Below, one piece after another: positions 30,201 to 39,508 of a DNA stretch of 64,000 nucleotides; position 1 is the stretch's first letter, and each line of letters starts with the position of its first letter. Under the pieces are notes generated by a model. That model was not told the DNA's origin. It ran no database searches and saw only the letters and a list, made by a program, of their open reading frames with translations. The translations under genes and the position numbers were made by a program. The stretch is from assembly GCA_045106415.1 (NCBI GenBank), contig JBGCEP010000001.1:1-64000 (forward strand), in the 5' to 3' direction. This DNA comes from Oligoflexales bacterium (GTDB lineage: Bacteria; Bdellovibrionota_B; Oligoflexia; Oligoflexales; Bog-1112).

Positions 30201-31184
30201 TAACATTGGCTACACTTATTTACTCAACACCTTCATAGCCACACAAACAGCATCATAAATAGAGTCACATCCATCTATGAGAATTTTTCGTATTTTTGTT
30301 TTAACTTGATGCCACTTGTGTTCGATAGGATTGAGATCTGGACTATATGGGGGGGGAAGATATAGAACTTCTGCTCCATAATCTTGAGATATTTGAACTA
30401 TATCTGAGGACTTATGAAATGAAGTATTATCAAACACAATAACTGTATTTCCATCCAAATGTGGGATTAAAACCTTCTCAAGATACGCATTGAAAACCTC
30501 TGCTGTACAACTTCCTTTAAATACAAATGGAGCAATAATTTCGTTATGGTTGTTGAGTGATCCAATGATATTAACAGCTTTATGTTGTGAACTTTCTTTT
30601 AAACCATGGAGCCTGGAACTTTTATGACTCCATCCATGTTGACAGGATTCATTTTTCTTAACGCCACACTCATCGAGATAAATAATGTTTTTATCACTTT
30701 TATTATTTATTTCCTTTTGAAAGTCACTCCGATTTTTATCGCAGCGATTTTTGTATCCAAATGTTTTTTTATTTGTAAAACCGATAAGCCGCAAGTATCG
30801 ACGAATACTCCGTGGAGAAATATCCCCCCCAAGCTTGAGCCATTTCTTCGGAACTTCTATCAGGTTTTTCTTCTACAAATTTTTCCAAGTCTTGAATTTT
30901 ACCTGGTCTCTATTTACGTTTCCGTGGTTTCAGAGAGCCAGTCTCTGTCATTTTCTTTTTCCAATTATAGATTGTTTTACGAGCGATATTGATAGCCAGA
31001 TTCTATCGCATCAATCACTTTACTCTGCAAGTCTAATGAGTATAACTTAGGAGTGTTAATTCCAAACATTTGATAAAACTAGGAATAACATACTAAACTT
31101 ATAAGATAAAATCACGTCTCTCGAATTCAAGTTATAAGGGGAATAGACCCACTCTGGGTGAGCAAATAAAATCAGCCAATGCTA
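30201..31184 (-). mobile_element. IS630-family element with frameshifted transposase
   Basis: Terminal IRs TATAACATTGGCT (30199-30211) / AGCCAATGCTATA (31174-31186) including TA targets; YSLDLQSKVIDAIESG N-terminus; DDE motifs YLDECG, VFDNTSFH, YLPPPYSPDLNPIE. Confidence 0.88.
30216..31050 (-). pseudogene. IS630 transposase pseudogene
   Basis: DDE half intact (30216-30794); HTH half broken by a frameshift and a stop, no ATG found. Confidence 0.8.
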
Positions 31185-31542
31185 TATCACAATAAATGAC
31201 CGACGCTGTTAATGTTCTGCAAGTCATCGCCCGTGGCAACATCTTTATATAAAACGTTAAATTTCAAACCGAATCAGTATAGTAGGGATTTATCTTTCTT
31301 TTATTTGCAAATTTTTTAGGTCAATATGGAATAAAGATAACTCTAGGGTCGTTTTTTAAATCCAGCTGAAAACATAGGGGTATAGAGGCGGTACTCATGA
31401 AACTTGTTAAGTTTTGAGTATTGTTTGAGTGAAGGTCACTTGATCGCAATGAGAGCAGCCTATATGTTAGCCTTTTCGAAATTTCTAAAGATATGAAGAG
31501 TGATTCAAAAATGTCAGAAACTTTAAAAGCATGGATGAACAA

Positions 31543-32421
31543 ATGAACTGTGATGTTTCGTGCTCTCAGCAGAATCAAGCACAAGTATTGGCAGGGAGTG
31601 CTCCCTCTCAAAAAAGACAATGGTTTATTGAAATACCTCAGCCGTGGCCGAGACAGGTTTTAGCAAGCTCTTATTTGCATGCTCAGGTTTTACTAGCCTT
31701 GCAGCACGCTGTTCGTTCTAAGATCTCAGTATATGGATTTTGCGGAGAAAAAACTCGTGTTGGTGCTAAAAAAATAAGACTTATAGATGCATGGAGTGAG
31801 GGAAATGGAGAAGGAAAGCATCAGCATTATGAGATTTCAGCTCAGGAATCTGTAGAGTGGTTTCAAAGTCTTCTTCATAATCCAGAGGGAGTGGCGTCTT
31901 ATCGGAAGGACCAAGTGGGTCGAGATGTTTTTATTTGTACACATGGCCAAAGAGACCAATGCTGTGGAGTTTTAGGTGAAGAAGTATATGTTAAATATAG
32001 CCATTTAGCTTCAAATGATCTAAGGATTTGGAAGGTGAGCCATCTCGGTGGTCATCGTTTTGCTCCTACATGGTTGGAATTACCAGAAAAATTGTGGTGG
32101 GGACGAAGTGATTTTGACGCAGTTGTGACTCGGACTGGGCAACCGTGGAAGTCTTTACGAGGACGTTCAATGTTATCTCCTCGAGCTCAAATTTTAGAAA
32201 GAATGATGCTAGAACAATACGGATGGCCTTGGCTGGATGTTGCAAAAAATGCTTCTTATCAAGAAAGTGGAAATGATATTGAAGTCACAGCTCCAGGATT
32301 GAAAGCGTATGCAGAAATTTTATGTCTTGAAAGTTTTCAACCTGTGAGTTGTGGGCAGGCTGCAAAAAGCGTCAAAGAGTACGAAATTGTAGAGTGTCAA
32401 ATAGGGAGTTTTGAAGTTTGA
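31543..32421 (+). CDS. Sucrase/ferredoxin-like (thioredoxin-fold 2Fe-2S) protein
   Basis: VFICTHGQRDQCCG and SHLGGHRFAPT motifs; start estimated (ORF track 31531). Confidence 0.88.
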   Translation: MNCDVSCSQQNQAQVLAGSAPSQKRQWFIEIPQPWPRQVLASSYLHAQVLLALQHAVRSKISVYGFCGEKTRVGAKKIRLIDAWSEGNGEGKHQHYEISAQESVEWFQSLLHNPEGVASYRKDQVGRDVFICTHGQRDQCCGVLGEEVYVKYSHLASNDLRIWKVSHLGGHRFAPTWLELPEKLWWGRSDFDAVVTRTGQPWKSLRGRSMLSPRAQILERMMLEQYGWPWLDVAKNASYQESGNDIEVTAPGLKAYAEILCLESFQPVSCGQAAKSVKEYEIVECQIGSFEV

Positions 32422-32456
32422 TTTTTTAATAAAATTAATCGGTTATAGATTTTTGT

Positions 32457-32483
32457 TAAAATTCCTGGAAGAAGCGCCGAAAT
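32457..32483 (+). promoter_or_regulatory. sigma28 (FliA)-type promoter
   Basis: TAAA-N15-GCCGAAAT, near consensus. Confidence 0.7.
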
Positions 32484-32489
32484 GCAAAT

Positions 32490-32638
32490 CGGGGTTGGCT
32501 CTTATCGCTCGGGTGCGGGACAGAGCCAAGGGAGTTTGTGTAGAACAACCTAATCTGTGAAACAGAACACGCGTCGTGAGCCTGTTCAACAGCCGCGAGA
32601 TCACCTAAAAATATTCGCAGATCACCCCCCGTTTTTTT
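32490..32638 (+). ncRNA. Candidate structured sRNA or 5' leader
   Basis: GC-rich segment after the sigma28 promoter; stem TTGGCTCT/AGAGCCAA, TCTGT/ACAGA hairpin, GGGGT/ACCCC closing helix, T7 tract. Confidence 0.4.
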
Positions 32639-32656
32639 GCATGATAGAGGTTTTTT

Positions 32657-32875
32657 ATGAAGTTACCAGGTCTTATTGATACAGTAAGAGAGTTCTCTCT
32701 TAATGATCATGAACGTGTTTTGAAAAGTGCTCTCCGAGGTGAAAAAGAAGGGGTAGCGCCACCTATGAGGGATCCAGATCCAGCATTTAAGCTTGAATTA
32801 TCAAATCATGCAGCAGAACATCATGATGTTTCTGCGACGGAAACTCTAGATGATATTGGTCTTGATGTGGAATAG
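32657..32875 (+). CDS. Small acidic hypothetical protein
   Basis: AGAGG RBS, 72 aa, downstream of the sigma28 promoter. Confidence 0.6.
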   Translation: MKLPGLIDTVREFSLNDHERVLKSALRGEKEGVAPPMRDPDPAFKLELSNHAAEHHDVSATETLDDIGLDVE

Positions 32876-33273
32876 ATAATTTCCATTTTACTGGAAACTT
32901 ATTTAACGCAAAGTGAATGCGTATATGTAAAGTTCTTGTCACTGTAAAGTTCTCGTTTTTTTTATTGTTGCAATGGATTCAATGCTTGGGTTTAAAGATT
33001 TCATGCCTCCTAGAGTGTGAAATTTATTTTCTCATTGTTTAATTTTATGCATATAGCATGAGATGCTTTTATTTGCGTATTAAGAATTTCGAGAAGTTAA
33101 TAAATACTTATTTTAAAGAAATATCTGATAGATATGAGTTTGTAGGTAAGACTATGGCTTTCTATATCAATCAATAGATATTAAGTTTCATAGTTTGTTT
33201 TTTTAAAAATGAATGATTTTCATTTTTAAAAAGAATAGCGTAGGATACCTCCATAGATTTTTTGAGGTCCCGT

Positions 33274-34230
33274 ATGAAAATTTTTTTTCTTGTTTTTTTT
33301 CTTGTTTTTTCGAGTATAGTCCAAGCTGATGAAGGAGAATATTCTCCAGGCAGAAGTAAAAGTTTACTGACCGCTATTCAAAATCAACGGCACCATGAGA
33401 TACGAAAACTTCTTCAGCCCGCGTTGCTAAGAAGGCCTGCGGATCCTAACTTTTCAATGTATAATTATGAGCAAGAATTTCAGGCGTTTCATGCAACTCC
33501 GCTGTTATTGGCTGCGCAAAATTCAGATAGAGAATCAGTTGAGATTTTATTGGCTGCAGGTGCTGTTCCTGTGATTTTCGATATAAGGTCACATATTTTA
33601 TTTTCGCTTCTTAAAAAGAAAAATATGGAAAGCATTCAAGTTGAAATCTTGAGGCGTTTGTACCCTTTTTTAAAGAATAAATATCATGATGAAGCATGGA
33701 TTTTAGGGAAATCAGCACAAGCTCCGGGAACACTCATAAACTTTGCTTTGCGTAAGAAAAAATTTGTGTTTGTGCAGGTTTTACTTGAATTGGAGGATCG
33801 TTATGTCGCCTCCAGTGATGATATACAAATAGCTGTTCTAGGCGGAGCCCCAGCTTATATTGTTGAAAAACTTTCTTTAAGGCAAGAGAATCAAGATCCA
33901 GTTGATGTATCAGTTTTTTCGTGGCTTTTAAATAACCGAACCGCAACTCCGGGAGAAATAGAGCGCTCTCTTAAAGTTTTACAGATTTTAACGAGACATA
34001 ATGCTGAATTGTTGCCTCACACTGTGGAAAGTCAGTCTTCAATTGCGATGTTTGCGGCAGTTATGAGTTCGGATGATACGTTTCGATGGCTTCTTCAGTT
34101 TATAGATGACGGTGTTGAGGGAGGTTGGTGGCCAGCACAAATGGTGTTGAAAGTTTTAAAACAACAAGAAAGAACTCAACTCACTCAAGAATATTCAAAA
34201 GTGTTGGCTGAAAAAGGTTTGAAAAAATGA
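33274..34230 (+). CDS. Exported ankyrin-repeat protein
   Basis: Signal peptide MKIFFLVFFLVFSSIVQA; TPLLLAAQNSDRESVEILLAAGA ankyrin consensus plus degenerate repeats. Confidence 0.75.
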   Translation: MKIFFLVFFLVFSSIVQADEGEYSPGRSKSLLTAIQNQRHHEIRKLLQPALLRRPADPNFSMYNYEQEFQAFHATPLLLAAQNSDRESVEILLAAGAVPVIFDIRSHILFSLLKKKNMESIQVEILRRLYPFLKNKYHDEAWILGKSAQAPGTLINFALRKKKFVFVQVLLELEDRYVASSDDIQIAVLGGAPAYIVEKLSLRQENQDPVDVSVFSWLLNNRTATPGEIERSLKVLQILTRHNAELLPHTVESQSSIAMFAAVMSSDDTFRWLLQFIDDGVEGGWWPAQMVLKVLKQQERTQLTQEYSKVLAEKGLKK

Positions 34231-34901
34231 AAATGAAATCGAGTCATATTGGTGATCTTGAAATACTAGAGTGTGGTGAGGGTGAAAACTGTATTGTGAT
34301 TTTTCATGGATATGGAGCTTCGTCTGAAGATTTAGCGGCACTTGCTCAGATGAGTGGTCTAAAAAATACCCGTTGGATTTTTCCAAACGGCTGTTTAGCT
34401 GCTCCGGGTGGTTTTGGGCGAGCTTGGTTTCCGATTGATGCAAATAGAATGCTGGAGATTCAATCGTCAGCACAGAAATGGTTTTCTTCTAGACCGGTTG
34501 GTTTGGATATGGCTCGAGATAAGGCGCTTCAGTTTTTGAGCCATCTGAACCACCCCTTAGAACGTTTGGTGCTAGGAGGTTTTAGCCAAGGGGCTATGCT
34601 TGCATGTGATTTAGCTTTTACTTTGCCTCCAGTGCAAGGGCTTGCTGTTTTATCTGGCTCTGTTCTTGATCGAGCAAATTGGTCCGTCTCGGCAGGATCT
34701 CGTCAAGGAGGAAATTATTGGCAAAGTCATGGGCGATTGGATGAAGTGCTTCCTTATCAAGGTGCTGAGCAGCTTCACCAGCTTCTTGTTGATGCTGGCT
34801 GGAAAGGGGAATTTAAAAGTTTTGACGGAGGGCATGAGATCCCGCCGCAACAACTTCAGCAATTTTTTGAGACACTCAAAAAATGGTTTGTTAAGAACTG
34901 A
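34227..34901 (+). CDS. Phospholipase/carboxylesterase (alpha/beta hydrolase)
   Basis: FHGYGAS, GFSQG nucleophile elbow, HGRLDEV, GGHEI. Confidence 0.92.
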   Translation: MKMKSSHIGDLEILECGEGENCIVIFHGYGASSEDLAALAQMSGLKNTRWIFPNGCLAAPGGFGRAWFPIDANRMLEIQSSAQKWFSSRPVGLDMARDKALQFLSHLNHPLERLVLGGFSQGAMLACDLAFTLPPVQGLAVLSGSVLDRANWSVSAGSRQGGNYWQSHGRLDEVLPYQGAEQLHQLLVDAGWKGEFKSFDGGHEIPPQQLQQFFETLKKWFVKN

Positions 34902-34969
34902 TTTGTTGTAATGTCAAGATTTAATCTTAACACTACTTTTAATAAAATTAGATGCATAGGCGAAAATCT

Positions 34970-34996
34970 TAACCCTTGCGCAGTTTTATCCGAAAA
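34970..34996 (+). promoter_or_regulatory. sigma28-type promoter
   Basis: TAAC-N15-TCCGAAAA about 40 bp upstream of the 35038 start. Confidence 0.5.
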
Positions 34997-35037
34997 CTTC
35001 CTATGACCCCTCATTTACGAGGTCGTAGGAGAAAGTT

Positions 35038-37389
35038 ATGAGAATCAATAAACAAAAAGGGGCAAGTCCTATTGTTATGGCCTCTTTGGTGGCAGTTCTT
35101 GGTTTTATTGCAACTGAGGGTGCGAGAACTTTTTCCAAGCAAAGTCAGGATGTGTCCCGCAGAGCTGTTGATGGTGTGCAAATGCAAGCAGCAAATGAAT
35201 CTTCAATGGAGCTTTTATCCCAACTTGTAGGCGCAACCGTTTTAAAGTTGGACTCAGGGAGCTCGAAGTTTTCATTGGGGGATGGTTTAGGTGGGAAATT
35301 TAAAGTCGATAGAACTCCGAGTGTTGATGGCTGGTCGTTAGATGCTCAAGGAGCCTTTGTGACTCAGGCGTGTCTATCCTCAAATCTTGGTGTTGATTCG
35401 AGTCTTATTTTTGGTGATGATAAAGGAACAACCTGGCTGACAGGGCATGACTGTCCAAAAACATCCATTGTGACAACAACAATTGTCCCTAGAAGTAGTG
35501 TTGATGCAGATAAAGTCTCAGGCGCTCGTGCTAATAGTTATGCAATTGTGGATACAAGCACTGTTAACAGTGAAGGGCGAAAATTAAATCGTTTTGCTCG
35601 CTTGACACTGCCAGAACCAACGATTCAATGTGATGTTGTGAGTGATGACAATAGTGAGCACTGCCAAATTGATCATTGCCCTTATATGAAGCCAGTTTTA
35701 AATAATAAAACTGGTGATGTTTTATATAAAACGGATGCTTCTGGTGCTTTAGTGCCTCTTTTGCAGCCTAATGAGAATTTTATCTCAACGATAAGAGTTC
35801 CCTCAAAGATGTTGCCAACATCTTTGAATGGGTTGTCGGTGAAATATACTCCTGGCCGTGATCAAAAACCAACACAACTTGCTAGTTTTTTGAATAGTGC
35901 ATTTAAGCCGGGTAGAATTAATCCTTTTGATGGTGTTCAAGGAGTGGGTGGGGAGCTTCAATCACAAGGTGCTCAAGATTTAAAAAGAGTTGGATCTTAT
36001 ATTGAAATTGCTGTCCCAAATAAAGCTGCAGCTATAGATGCTAGCAAGTTGCTAGTTTTTGAAGGTTTTTTGCAGGATGGAAGCAGAACGAGCTATGGTA
36101 GCAATGCCCGAGGCTGGAAAACTAATACGCCTTTTGACGATAAGAGGTACCGTTCAAATCTGCAAAATGCTTGTGCAGCAACTCTTTATCGGCCATGGGG
36201 ATTAAGAAGCCCTAGTCCATATCCAGATTTTTGTGCTCGAGCCATTTTAACTTATGCTTACAATACTTATACTTATTCTGCAATTCGAAAATGTCGTTAT
36301 TATGGTCCAGCATTAAGAATGAGCAGTGACCCTAGTGGCATGAAAAATTGGTATGCGACCGAGCAAAGGCATTCTCAAACAGACTGGGTCGCATCATCGA
36401 AAACAGAAGAAGGATATACTACCGTATCGAGTTCTTTAAAACCTTATGTTGACTCTCAAGTTCATCACGATTTTGATAATAGTGATCCTCAAGGTTTTTC
36501 TTTACAAAGGCATGACTTCAGTGATGTCTTAGTTGGGGAATTATCTGTTTTAGAAGTGAAAAAGTTTGACAATCCGGATTATGTTGTTGATGAAAAAGGA
36601 AAACCTGTTGATAATAATGTTCCTCAATTTTTATGGAAAGAGAGAACTTTAAATAGAAGTTGGGACGCAAGTTGTAGCCAAAGAGACCTGAAAGATAATG
36701 AAAACCCTCCAAACTTTAAGCCACCTACAAATGTGCTTGATAAGTGCTTTTATATTGAATATCAAAATGCTGGAAACCGTCTTGAGTGTACTCGTCGCGT
36801 GAGTGCTATTAATTGCCGAAACGGTAATGGCTGTTTTACAGCAGATACTCCTGTGATGATGGCAGATAGATCTATGAGGATGATCTCAGATATTCAAGAG
36901 GGTGAAAAAGTCTTCAACCCTGTGACGCAAGTGGGGGTCAAAGTCGTAAGTGTGACAAGTGGTCCTCAAGAACGAGAAATGTATAGAATTACAACTTCTG
37001 GAGAAAAGACTGTTACAGCAACTTGGAACCACCCATTTCAAACACCAGACGGTTTTTTTAGAGCATATCAGCTTGAAGAAGGTGATCGTGTGATGGATGC
37101 CAGAGGTTTTTGGCAAGATGTTGTAAAAATTGATGAAGTGGCTTATCAAGAAGGAGAAGTTCGTCAGGTTTGGAACTTAACCTTGGAGGGTCCGTCTTTT
37201 GGTAATCCTGGTTTTGTGGCAGCAAGGCAGTTTGTAGCAAACGGCTTGGCAACAGGTGATTATGTGATTCAAGAGTCTAATCTGAGAGAAGTGAACCAAC
37301 AGCTTAAGAATGGGCAACAGCTTTTAAAAGTCAGTGGAGGAGGCTCAATGTCTTTTGAGCGCCCACTTGAATTTGAATGGGCTCGTTAA
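35038..37389 (+). CDS. PilX-like prepilin-leader surface protein with C-terminal Hint domain
   Basis: KQKG|ASPIVMASLVAVLGFIA leader; Hint motifs G|CFTADT (Cys at 36832), TWNH, VWNL, FVANGLATGD. Confidence 0.8.
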   Translation: MRINKQKGASPIVMASLVAVLGFIATEGARTFSKQSQDVSRRAVDGVQMQAANESSMELLSQLVGATVLKLDSGSSKFSLGDGLGGKFKVDRTPSVDGWSLDAQGAFVTQACLSSNLGVDSSLIFGDDKGTTWLTGHDCPKTSIVTTTIVPRSSVDADKVSGARANSYAIVDTSTVNSEGRKLNRFARLTLPEPTIQCDVVSDDNSEHCQIDHCPYMKPVLNNKTGDVLYKTDASGALVPLLQPNENFISTIRVPSKMLPTSLNGLSVKYTPGRDQKPTQLASFLNSAFKPGRINPFDGVQGVGGELQSQGAQDLKRVGSYIEIAVPNKAAAIDASKLLVFEGFLQDGSRTSYGSNARGWKTNTPFDDKRYRSNLQNACAATLYRPWGLRSPSPYPDFCARAILTYAYNTYTYSAIRKCRYYGPALRMSSDPSGMKNWYATEQRHSQTDWVASSKTEEGYTTVSSSLKPYVDSQVHHDFDNSDPQGFSLQRHDFSDVLVGELSVLEVKKFDNPDYVVDEKGKPVDNNVPQFLWKERTLNRSWDASCSQRDLKDNENPPNFKPPTNVLDKCFYIEYQNAGNRLECTRRVSAINCRNGNGCFTADTPVMMADRSMRMISDIQEGEKVFNPVTQVGVKVVSVTSGPQEREMYRITTSGEKTVTATWNHPFQTPDGFFRAYQLEEGDRVMDARGFWQDVVKIDEVAYQEGEVRQVWNLTLEGPSFGNPGFVAARQFVANGLATGDYVIQESNLREVNQQLKNGQQLLKVSGGGSMSFERPLEFEWAR

Positions 37390-38036
37390 GAGGTTGTGAT
37401 CTGATGCTGTGTTTAAAAAACCTTAAAGAAAAGTCTAAAAAAAACTTTTCTTTAAGGTTTTTGTTGAGGGTTGCAATTTTTTTCCTTAGCTCTCCAGTGC
37501 AAGGAGGGTATCATTGGGTATTGCCTTTCTGTGCCAATGATCACAAAAATCAAACTTTTCTTTTCAGTGAAAATGCTTGTGGTTTGCAAGAGTGTCGTGT
37601 TTTAACGAGTGGTGATCAGGGTTTAAATAGAGCAGTCACAAATACTTTAGGTACTCATAATACAGCACATTTGATTGCGAATAATGAAAAAAATAAAGAA
37701 AAAATACATGTCATAAAAAAGTTCAATGATCAGAAAAGTGAAGAGAAAGATTTTTTATTTGCGCAGATGAAACTGCCAACACTTGATCTTGCGTGTGAGA
37801 AGACAAGTGATTGTCATGCGGTGGGCATTGGTGTGTCCCCATGCGGTGGCCCTATTCGTTACGAAGTATATTCTTCTTTAAGAAAGAACGAGCAAGATGC
37901 TGAAGATTTTCAAAGAAAAATTGAGCAGTACCAGATTCTGATGCAAAAGCGCGCTGTGGGGTCTTTTGGTGTGTGCATTATGGTGTTGCCTCCTCAGGTC
38001 TCATGTGTCGCGTCAGTGTGTCAGGTTGTTCATTAG
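37377..38036 (+). CDS. Hypothetical exported Cys-rich protein
   Basis: C-terminal CEKTSDC..IGVSPCGGPIRYEVYS..CIMVLPP.VSCVASVC disulfide domain; start uncertain. Confidence 0.6.
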   Translation: MGSLRGCDLMLCLKNLKEKSKKNFSLRFLLRVAIFFLSSPVQGGYHWVLPFCANDHKNQTFLFSENACGLQECRVLTSGDQGLNRAVTNTLGTHNTAHLIANNEKNKEKIHVIKKFNDQKSEEKDFLFAQMKLPTLDLACEKTSDCHAVGIGVSPCGGPIRYEVYSSLRKNEQDAEDFQRKIEQYQILMQKRAVGSFGVCIMVLPPQVSCVASVCQVVH

Positions 38037-38333
38037 ATCCAGCATTTTAAGATGTTATGATCAAGAATAGTGTACATTGACAAAAATCGCTGTTCGTCCG
38101 CCCCCTCTAGCTCAATAGAGATGATGCTTTTTCCCCAAGGGATGTTGTTTGTGAGTGTGAAGATAGGAAGGGTGTTTATGCGAACTCACCCATGTGTATG
38201 TCTTTTCAAGAAAACATTTGGAGTCAATGCATCTTCGGTAACCCAGAATCAAAATTTTGACTGTAGGGAATTAGATTTTTCTCTTCAATATTTTAATTTT
38301 ACAGGTGTTTAGTGGGCTGCTTTGGTGTGGGTC

Positions 38334-38356
38334 TGGAGGCGCCGGCCTGATTCGAG
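38334..38356 (-). repeat. Duplicated tRNA-Cys 3' end (att site)
   Basis: TGGAGGCGCCGGCCTGATTCGAG vs GGGAGGCGCCGAGCGGATTCGAA at 42181-42203. Confidence 0.7.
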
Positions 38357-38612
38357 CCAAAGAAGCCGCATGTAAGATATCAGAAACAAAGTGTAAATCA
38401 ATCGAAAAATGCATAATCTCTTTTCGGGTATTTGCGTGCTGAGCTTGAGCAAAATGCGTGTGATGTCCAGGTAAGAGTGACAGATTTTTTTCGTTACCCA
38501 TGACTGAAATCATCTTTTGACAAAAAAATATTGATATCAACAAGACATTTGATCTAATGTTCGCAACAAGATCTTTTGAGGTCTTTTTCCCATTTTTATA
38601 AAAGGTGTTGAT

Positions 38613-39062
38613 ATGAAACAAGTTTTTGTGTTTTTGCTCTGCTTTTTGAGTGTTTCTGGGTTTTCACAGGACACTGAAAAGTCTGTTGCACAAAGTTCGT
38701 CGTATGAAGTGACTGTGATGTTCACAGGTTATGCTGATTTTGAGTGGCTTCATTACGGTGTGTCTGATCATGTTCAGGTTGGTGTGGGTTCCTCCGTGTT
38801 TGGATCTCTCTTGAATACGTTTGCTTACGGTTCTTATCCTCCGTTGTTTCTTGATGCTGCATATTTTGTGTCTGGTTATCAGAACTCATCATGGTATGGA
38901 AAAATGGTATTCCCGGCATACAGTGCTGGACCGTTTTATATGATGCCGCCGACAACTGTAGGATACCGCTGGAAGTTTGATGATGGCTTCTTGAATCTTG
39001 GTGTGATGGCTGTGAATGACTCTCACGTCGTTCCAGAGATATCTTGGGGGGTGGCTCTATGA
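38613..39062 (+). CDS. Small exported outer-membrane beta-barrel-like protein
   Basis: Signal peptide, alternating aromatic strands (VGYRWKF, ISWGVAL end), AAAGGTG RBS. Confidence 0.65.
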   Translation: MKQVFVFLLCFLSVSGFSQDTEKSVAQSSSYEVTVMFTGYADFEWLHYGVSDHVQVGVGSSVFGSLLNTFAYGSYPPLFLDAAYFVSGYQNSSWYGKMVFPAYSAGPFYMMPPTTVGYRWKFDDGFLNLGVMAVNDSHVVPEISWGVAL

Positions 39063-39508
39063 AACAGGTTTTGTTACTGGTGCTGGCTTTGTTCTCACAT
39101 AAAGTGTGCGCTGTTGATTTAGATGCAGATTATGGTGTGGAAGTCTATATTGTTGAAACATTGTTGCAATCTTTAGGGAGCTCCGGAGGCGGCGAATTTG
39201 GTGGTCGCTATTTGAATCACCAAGGTTTGCGTTTTGTTGGAAAAGAAGGTGTTGTCAAAGAAGCTCACTTTGGGATGAAGGGTCTCACGATTTGCGATGA
39301 AGGCAAGTATGGTGTCCGTGTCACAGATCTTAAGAGAGTTGGAGAGATTGATAAGACTGTTGGTCAATGTGTGAGATGGTGTAAGCGCTGGAGTAAGAAT
39401 CGTCCATATTTCGTCAATGGTGTGTGCTGGAATATGGTTACAGCATTCCTTGATGATCATGAGACTGAACATCCTGCTGCTGACAAAGGCAAATGTCAGA
39501 TCATGTGA
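39059..39508 (+). CDS. Exported permuted papain-fold (PPPDE/DeSI-like) peptidase candidate
   Basis: Signal peptide MKQVLLLVLALFSHKVCA; HQGLRF..EAHFG..Y..NGVCWNM His-before-Cys order; ATGA coupling to the upstream gene. Confidence 0.55.
   Translation: MKQVLLLVLALFSHKVCAVDLDADYGVEVYIVETLLQSLGSSGGGEFGGRYLNHQGLRFVGKEGVVKEAHFGMKGLTICDEGKYGVRVTDLKRVGEIDKTVGQCVRWCKRWSKNRPYFVNGVCWNMVTAFLDDHETEHPAADKGKCQIM

Noticed and set aside
30606..31050. Plus-strand ORFs 30606-30992 and 30751-31050
   Set aside because: Antisense to the IS630 transposase remnant
32499..32552. SAM-I or c-di-GMP-II riboswitch identity for the sigma28 leader
   Set aside because: Only short words match (CTTATC, GAGTT..CAACC); the required helices and pseudoknot are absent
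31190..33260. DnaA-box cluster at the skew switch
   Set aside because: Only isolated words with two or more mismatches; no cluster
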